A DNA stretch of 62,230 nt from a virus. Taxonomy: Duplodnaviria; Caudoviricetes. Positions within the stretch are counted from its first letter, which is position 1, and each line of letters starts with the position of its first letter. Position numbers and translations under genes: made by a program. The notes below the pieces were generated by a model. That model did not search any database and had not been told where the DNA came from. It saw only the letters and a list, made by a program, of their open reading frames with translations. The DNA is taken from IMG/VR virus record IMGVR_UViG_3300014501_000019, positions 1 to 62,230 of that record; one strand, 5' to 3'. Positions 57,114 to 62,230 of this stretch are shown in pieces.

Positions 57114-57452
57114 ATGTCTAAGCCAATTAATGGTTTTACTAAACAGAAAATCTTGGAAGTCTTGCAGGCTCGAAAGTTTCCCGGACGGGCGATAAGCGAT
57201 GAAAGGGGCGATTGTGCTTACAAGACTGAGGATGGTAACAAGTGCGGCGTTGGCATGTTTATCCCAGATGGTCATAAAGCCGAATCCTATCACGGGTCAT
57301 ATTTGGAAGTAATCGCATACTATCCCGATCTACTAGCGTTTATGCCATTAGATCACGTAGGTATGGGAGAATTACAATTTGCACATGATAGTTCCCCTAA
57401 TGCCAAAAAAGCAATGCTGGATTGGGTAAATGAGAATGTGGAAAACGATTGA
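57114..57452 (+). CDS. Hypothetical protein (paralog of 58092-58442)
   Basis: INGFTK..CAY..GNKCGVGMFIP..LQFAHD. Confidence 0.7.
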   Translation: MSKPINGFTKQKILEVLQARKFPGRAISDERGDCAYKTEDGNKCGVGMFIPDGHKAESYHGSYLEVIAYYPDLLAFMPLDHVGMGELQFAHDSSPNAKKAMLDWVNENVEND

Positions 57453-57507
57453 TGTCATTAGACTAATCCCCCTAGTCTATTGAATTAACAAGGGAAGGAG
57501 AGCAGCG

Positions 57508-57570
57508 CTATACATCCAGGCTCCCGCTAGTGCGTCGTTCGGCGCGTCAAAGCTAGTGGGAGCCTTTTCT
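57508..57570 (+). terminator. Long GC-rich hairpin, probable terminator
   Basis: AGGCTCCCGCTAG...CTAGTGGGAGCCT followed by TTTCT. Confidence 0.7.
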
Positions 57571-57600
57571 ATTTGATACAGCCATGTGTCCATTATGGCC

Positions 57601-57692
57601 TGTCCAAGTATTAATCGCTGTAAACGCCTTACACACTTATCTTTCTTCACAAATCAATTAATCCACGTATTTAGTTTGGCATCTATACTGCA
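57601..57692 (+). promoter_or_regulatory. Tandem upstream element plus sigma54-type promoter, copy 2
   Basis: TGTCCAAGTATTAATCG-C-TGTAAACGCCTTACACA (57601-57635); TGGCATCTATACTGCA (57677-57692). Confidence 0.72.
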
Positions 57693-57730
57693 ATACTATG
57701 TAATCAGAACGCAGTTATACCGGAGGATAT

Positions 57731-57826
57731 ATGCAAAAACCTGATTTATTTGACTTAATCCTGATCCTTATGGCAATCCTGGTTTTAGTGCTGTGCGCGG
57801 TAGAATTCAACCAATGGTTTATGTGA
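57731..57826 (+). CDS. Small membrane peptide (31 aa)
   Basis: GGAGG RBS; MQKPDLFDLILILMAILVLVLCAVEFNQWFM. Confidence 0.55.
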   Translation: MQKPDLFDLILILMAILVLVLCAVEFNQWFM

Positions 57827-58083
57827 TGTTTACCATCGTGCAAAATGAAAATCGATATCAAGTAAGCTATAAAGGTAAGCTAAGTATTCCCTTTGACGAT
57901 ATCACGGACGCTATTAATCACGGACATCGAAGGGCATTGGCTAGTATCTCTATTGGCTCCCACATCTCTCAACTGACGGGCAGTGGCGAGGAATGGCTAG
58001 TCATTAATGACACAGTTATAGCTAAGATGTATGACGGCAATTTGATGACTGATGTCGTTGGGAATAACGACGTAACTATTTGA
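57826..58083 (+). CDS. Hypothetical protein
   Basis: TGATG coupling. Confidence 0.55.
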   Translation: MFTIVQNENRYQVSYKGKLSIPFDDITDAINHGHRRALASISIGSHISQLTGSGEEWLVINDTVIAKMYDGNLMTDVVGNNDVTI

Positions 58084-58091
58084 AAGGATTT

Positions 58092-58442
58092 ATGTTTAAG
58101 CTTATTAATGGATGGACTAAAGCAACTGTCATGGCTAAGGTCAAAGAAATGAATAATAACACGCAATGCCGGAATGAAAACGGAAACTGCGTTTATGACG
58201 ATGGTAAAGGCAATCATTGCGCAATAGGTTGCTTTATCCCACTAAATCATGGGGCAATGCAGGGAGAGCCAAGCATTCAAGCTATCAAATTAGTAACACG
58301 CTATCCAGACCTTGCACTGTGTATGCCATTTGAAGTAATGTATCTAAATGACTTTCAAATAGCGCATGACAACGCTAAAAGTTGTGACTTAACCGTGTAT
58401 GAAGCCGTCGAAAAGTTTTTAAATGAAAGAGTTACTGAATAG
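58092..58442 (+). CDS. Hypothetical protein (paralog of 57114-57452)
   Basis: INGWTK..CVY..GNHCAIGCFIP..FQIAHD. Confidence 0.7.
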   Translation: MFKLINGWTKATVMAKVKEMNNNTQCRNENGNCVYDDGKGNHCAIGCFIPLNHGAMQGEPSIQAIKLVTRYPDLALCMPFEVMYLNDFQIAHDNAKSCDLTVYEAVEKFLNERVTE

Positions 58443-58517
58443 ATTAGTTGCTATGCATTTCGAAGTCTGTTACTGTTTAGTTAGTGGTCCCAATGTAAAT
58501 AACCTGAAAGGAATTTT

Positions 58518-59372
58518 ATGAGCTTGAAAACCGTTTCCCCTGAAGTTGTCCAAGGTTTTGCCGATATCCCCGCTAATCATCCCGGTAGCGCGTCGAACTA
58601 TGGCGTTAGTGGGAGTTACCTGCAAACCGATCGACACGCTATTGTGAGTGATCGTTTCCAAGTGATTCAACCGGCTGCAGTAGGAAACGCATTGTCTGAA
58701 CGTGGTTTCAATCTTGTGTCTTGTTTGACTGGTAAAGCTAGACAAGAGGATAAAACCGATTTTCAGCGAACCATTAGCCGGTATCGCAGCAATGACTTGT
58801 TTGATATCAATGGCTTGTCACTGGATATCATCTATATCGGTAAACATATGGGTCGCGGCTGCGATGAACTTCGTTTGGGACTATATAGGGGAGTTTGCGC
58901 TAATCAGTGGGCAGTGGGTACGCTTTTTGATATGATTCGTTTCCGACACACTGGCAATGCTTTGGATGATATCCAGACTGGAATTGCAGCCGTGCTGAGT
59001 CAACGCGCTAAGCTTGTTGAAACCGTTCAGAATATGCAAGGTAAACAAATGACTGCCAGTGAAATCGAGGAATTGTGCAAAAAGTATGCCGATATTCGAT
59101 TGAATGGCAAGCCTAACGTAATCAAGGTAGACTTTCGGCGCCTTGCTACCGTGCGCCGCGCTGAGGATAGTTTTGCCGATCTTTTCACGGTGGCCAATGT
59201 TTTGCAAGAGAATGCAATCCGTTTCCCGATTCCGTATGATCTTAACGCGGTTGACACACAAGGTAACCCATATGTGCGCCATATGACTAGCCGTAGACTA
59301 CGCGAATCATCTAGTCAATTGGTTGAATTGAATGGTGCAATGTTCGATGCTGCAATGCAGTTTGCCGCTTAA
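58518..59372 (+). CDS. DUF932/DUF945-like phage/plasmid protein
   Basis: VSDRFQVI..LGLYRGVCAN..RFRH.G..DLFTVANVLQEN..LN. Confidence 0.7.
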   Translation: MSLKTVSPEVVQGFADIPANHPGSASNYGVSGSYLQTDRHAIVSDRFQVIQPAAVGNALSERGFNLVSCLTGKARQEDKTDFQRTISRYRSNDLFDINGLSLDIIYIGKHMGRGCDELRLGLYRGVCANQWAVGTLFDMIRFRHTGNALDDIQTGIAAVLSQRAKLVETVQNMQGKQMTASEIEELCKKYADIRLNGKPNVIKVDFRRLATVRRAEDSFADLFTVANVLQENAIRFPIPYDLNAVDTQGNPYVRHMTSRRLRESSSQLVELNGAMFDAAMQFAA

Positions 59373-59447
59373 TCAATAACCGGTTTATTTTGTTTGCGTT
59401 TAGAACATTGTTTCATATAAGAAAGATTGTATATCATAAAATTGACA

Positions 59448-59540
59448 TGACCAAGTATTAGACAGTGTAAACGCCATAGACAGAGTATCTGAAAATACAC
59501 AGAATAATTTATAAGGGTTTTGTTTGGCATCTCGGTTGCA
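59448..59540 (+). promoter_or_regulatory. Tandem upstream element plus sigma54-type promoter, copy 3
   Basis: TGACCAAGTATTAGACA-G-TGTAAACGCCATAGACA (59448-59482); TGGCATCTCGGTTGCA (59525-59540). Confidence 0.78.
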
Positions 59541-59579
59541 ATAGGGTATAAGTGTCAGACAACAAATACGGGAGATGAA

Positions 59580-59807
59580 ATGCGTTACAATTCTAAAACC
59601 ATGATGCTTGAAGGATTATCGGAAACCGCTAAAACTGAAATTGTGCAAATATGTCGCGATATTATACTAAACGGCAAAATTGACCGGGAAAATCAATACG
59701 TTAAGTTTTGGCTTGAGCAGACTGGAATGGGGAATGTAACGCACGGGTTACTATTGCAAACGACCGTGATGCCGTGCCGCCTGCTCCTTTCTGTTGTATC
59801 GCTTTGA
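59580..59807 (+). CDS. Hypothetical protein
   Basis: GGAG RBS, ATG 59580. Confidence 0.6.
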   Translation: MRYNSKTMMLEGLSETAKTEIVQICRDIILNGKIDRENQYVKFWLEQTGMGNVTHGLLLQTTVMPCRLLLSVVSL

Positions 59808-59835
59808 TAAGTTAGGACGCGCTAGGGGCGCTTGC

Positions 59836-59876
59836 GAGGTATCCGCCCTAATCCCCTTACCGGATACCTCATTTTT
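59836..59876 (+). terminator. Hairpin, possible terminator or processing site
   Basis: GAGGTATCCG...CGGATACCTC followed by ATTTTT. Confidence 0.55.
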
Positions 59877-59888
59877 ATAGGAGTTAAC

Positions 59889-60251
59889 ATGTTTAAATCG
59901 CTTCGGGAATTCACTTTAGATAAGCAAGTTAATCGTGCCAAACTCAAGATTATTCATACCAATGATAAGCGCGGACCTTGCACTATTGTCCAGCTATACC
60001 GTACCTCTGTAGTCCATCGGCAAAACGTTAATAACGTGGTTACGCTGAATAGTGGCGCATGGCGTACCGTTTCGACTAAGACTTGCATTAATACCGCGCT
60101 AAAAGCGATTTATGGCAGTCTATCGCCTTATGTCTTTCAATATAAAAAGGAATGGTATATCAATTTACCCGGTATGCAAGATGCTATCAAATATTTTGAC
60201 GGCATGACTATCGGTGGCGGTTGCGGCGCCCCATTCATGGTTTTAAACTGA
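59889..60251 (+). CDS. Conserved phage hypothetical protein
   Basis: AGGAG RBS; LNSGAWRTVSTKTCIN..VFQYKKEWY. Confidence 0.65.
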   Translation: MFKSLREFTLDKQVNRAKLKIIHTNDKRGPCTIVQLYRTSVVHRQNVNNVVTLNSGAWRTVSTKTCINTALKAIYGSLSPYVFQYKKEWYINLPGMQDAIKYFDGMTIGGGCGAPFMVLN

Positions 60252-60260
60252 AAGGCTAAT

Positions 60261-60464
60261 ATGGCAAAAATCATTGACTTTGTAACTAGACAAGTATTAT
60301 TTGATGGTCCCGTAAAGAAAAGCAAGCCATACGCGCAACTTTGGAAGTTTACTGATAATGATCCATACCGTTATCAGTTGTATACTATCGCCAGTAATCA
60401 AGTCGAAGCAATTGATAACCTGCATAGGGCGAAAAGCCGTATCTATGAAGTGAAAGCAAGTTAA
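60261..60464 (+). CDS. Hypothetical protein
   Basis: ORF in operon. Confidence 0.6.
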   Translation: MAKIIDFVTRQVLFDGPVKKSKPYAQLWKFTDNDPYRYQLYTIASNQVEAIDNLHRAKSRIYEVKAS

Positions 60465-60465
60465 T

Positions 60466-60660
60466 ATGCCCGTAAGGAAAACATCGTTAAGCAAAATGGC
60501 GTTAGGTTTAGATGCTCTGTCTGTCCTTGAAATCATTGTTGCCGAACATCCCGGCATGATAACCGATGACGAAGTCAATGGCGCCGATTTAGTGGATACT
60601 TTGAGCCGATTGATTAATGATGACAGTGATTTAGCTAAATACCTAGGGAGATTAGTTTAA
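60466..60660 (+). CDS. Hypothetical protein
   Basis: ORF in operon. Confidence 0.6.
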   Translation: MPVRKTSLSKMALGLDALSVLEIIVAEHPGMITDDEVNGADLVDTLSRLINDDSDLAKYLGRLV

Positions 60661-60712
60661 AATCGAGTTAAGCAAGTATTATACCGAAAAGTGAATTTTC
60701 AAGGGGATTAAT

Positions 60713-60943
60713 ATGCCATGCGATTGCGCGGTAGTTATGGCACCATGCCATTATTGCGAGAATTCATATGAATGCGATTCATGTGGCGGCATTAAATATA
60801 TAGACGGGGATGGGTTAAATAAGACTAACACTGAATTGTTATGTGATGTATGCGTAAATAAAGAATGTTCTCATGACTGGCGCTTGTATGAGGGATTTAC
60901 TAGTTGGTATAATTATTGCACTAAATGTGATAAAAAGGATTGA
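60713..60943 (+). CDS. Cys-rich protein with C-terminal zinc-knuckle
   Basis: CSHDWRLYEGFTSWYNYCTKCD. Confidence 0.65.
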   Translation: MPCDCAVVMAPCHYCENSYECDSCGGIKYIDGDGLNKTNTELLCDVCVNKECSHDWRLYEGFTSWYNYCTKCDKKD

Positions 60944-60944
60944 T

Positions 60945-61619
60945 ATGTTATTGACACAGAATAGCAAAATGAAGAAAAGTTCTAAGAATGGCCTAACCGT
61001 TGTTAACTGGACTATTCCCGCATTCATGTCTAGTAGTGGATTCCGGACCTGCCCTAATGCCGGAGTATGTGCTAAGGGATGCTATGCGCGTAGCGGGACA
61101 TACATGTTTAAATGCTCAAAGGCAAGCCATGAAAAGAAGTTAGCTTTGACACAACGCGATGATTTTACTCAAGTTATGATCAATGAAATCGAGTCATGGC
61201 TTAAAAAGAAAAGCGTTAAGCATCTTAAGGTTAGAATACATGACGCAGGCGATTTTTATGATATCCAGTATTTGAATAAATGGGTTAGCGTTATGACACA
61301 CTATGCCACTGATAGCCGTGTCAGTTTTTACGCGTATACTAAACAAGTAGACATGTTTAAGAAATACCGCGCAGTCAAAGGTTTGCCCGATAGTTTTACC
61401 GTTATTTTTAGCTATGGCGGCAAGCAAGACAAGTTGATTAATCCCGCAGTGGATCGACATAGCAAGGTTTTCGAGTCAATGGATAGGCTAGTTGCTGAGG
61501 GATATGCTGAGTCAACGGCTGATGATATGGTCGCTGCAATGGGAGTCAATAATAAAATCGGCCTAGTCTTTCATCATGTCAAAAATTGGGAAAATACGGC
61601 ATGGGATAGGGTTAAATAA
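60945..61619 (+). CDS. Gene product 88 (gp88)-like protein
   Basis: NSKMKK..TCPNAGVCAKGCYA..VRIHDAGDF..FYAYTK (CxxxCY radical-SAM-like motif). Confidence 0.75.
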   Translation: MLLTQNSKMKKSSKNGLTVVNWTIPAFMSSSGFRTCPNAGVCAKGCYARSGTYMFKCSKASHEKKLALTQRDDFTQVMINEIESWLKKKSVKHLKVRIHDAGDFYDIQYLNKWVSVMTHYATDSRVSFYAYTKQVDMFKKYRAVKGLPDSFTVIFSYGGKQDKLINPAVDRHSKVFESMDRLVAEGYAESTADDMVAAMGVNNKIGLVFHHVKNWENTAWDRVK

Positions 61620-61654
61620 CGGATTGACTAAGGTAAAGGCTCAAAAGTGATTTT

Positions 61655-61670
61655 TGGCACAACTTGTGCT
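61655..61670 (+). promoter_or_regulatory. Possible fourth sigma54-type promoter
   Basis: TGGCACAACTTGTGCT (GG-N10-GC) upstream of ATG 61684. Confidence 0.5.
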
Positions 61671-61683
61671 ATGAGGAAATTTT

Positions 61684-62230
61684 ATGAAACTAACTTTTAA
61701 ATTGACTTCCGAAAGTATTGTTAACGTCCATGGCGTCAAACTTTATCGCATGGAAGCCATAACGGATATTCCCGCGCGTGGCGTCAAGGCAGGTGATAAA
61801 GGCGGATTTCTATCCAGTGCGGACATTAACGGCAACGCTCGGGTATTCGGCAACGCTTGGGTATACGGCAACGCTCAGGTATACGGCGACGCTCGGGTAT
61901 ACGGCGACGCTCGGGTATACGGCGACGCTCGGGTATACGGCGACGCTCAGGTATACGGCAACGCTTGGGTATACGGCAACGCTCGGGTATTCGGCAACGC
62001 TTGGGTATACGGCAACGCTCGGGTATTCGGCGACGCTCAGGTATACGGCAACGCTTGGGTATACGGCAACGCTTGGGTATTCGGCGACGCTCAGGTATAC
62101 GGCAACGCTCGGGTATTCGGCAACGCTCAGGTATACGGCGACGCTCGGGTATACGGCGACGCTCGGGTATACGGCGACGCTCGGGTATACGGCGACGCTC
62201 GGGTATACGGCGACGCTCAGGTATACGGCA
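61684..62230 (+). CDS. Hexapeptide-repeat (beta-helix) protein, truncated by the window end
   Basis: MKLTFKLT..LYRMEA..GDKGGF then G(N/D)A(R/W/Q)V(Y/F) repeats. Confidence 0.85.
   Translation, partial: MKLTFKLTSESIVNVHGVKLYRMEAITDIPARGVKAGDKGGFLSSADINGNARVFGNAWVYGNAQVYGDARVYGDARVYGDARVYGDAQVYGNAWVYGNARVFGNAWVYGNARVFGDAQVYGNAWVYGNAWVFGDAQVYGNARVFGNAQVYGDARVYGDARVYGDARVYGDARVYGDAQVYG
61831..62230 (+). repeat. 18-bp coding tandem repeat, about 22 units
   Basis: GGC(A/G)ACGCT(CGG/TGG/CAG)GTA(TAC/TTC). Confidence 0.95.

Noticed and set aside
61831-62230. CRISPR array or DGR template/variable repeat
   Set aside because: Units are contiguous with no spacers and are in-frame coding. No cas or reverse transcriptase gene is present, and the variation includes C/T changes, not only adenines.
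1-62230. Genome-wide TAG reassignment
   Set aside because: Long genes are fully open in the standard code and several genes end in TAG next to the following start; only one in-frame TAG was seen.

Overview
A 62 kb fragment of a large contractile-tailed (myovirus-type) dsDNA phage. No capsid, terminase, sheath or DNA polymerase genes lie in the window. From 1 to 33.6 kb a minus-strand tail module encodes a tape measure-like protein, hub, spike, a LysM/gp25-like fusion, a 2410-aa baseplate J-like protein, a wedge, a tube-like protein and two fibre-like proteins, interrupted by plus-strand inserts. From 33.7 to 53.9 kb are dUTPase, a probable class II ribonucleotide reductase, two metallophosphoesterases, a PagL-like outer-membrane barrel, a catalytic-domain-only tyrosine recombinase and many small ORFs. 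A non-coding junction at about 53.9-54.6 kb leads into a plus-strand early-type region (DUF932-like, gp88-like, a type IV pilin-like protein and a hexapeptide-repeat protein). About 11 free-standing nucleases are scattered throughout. The most notable signals are: (1) three repeated sigma54-type promoters, each with a tandem TGT-N11-ACA-like element at fixed spacing, one upstream of a phage-encoded pilin-like gene; (2) three DUF3494 ice-binding-type domains inserted, partly nested, into probable virion proteins; (3) a roughly 200-nt highly structured element divergent from the recombinase; (4) a PagL-like lipid A deacylase; (5) a CAATCTTAT promoter-like motif seen at nine gene starts; and (6) a shared C-terminal zinc-knuckle on four otherwise unrelated proteins. 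All family assignments come from motif recognition by eye, not database searches.
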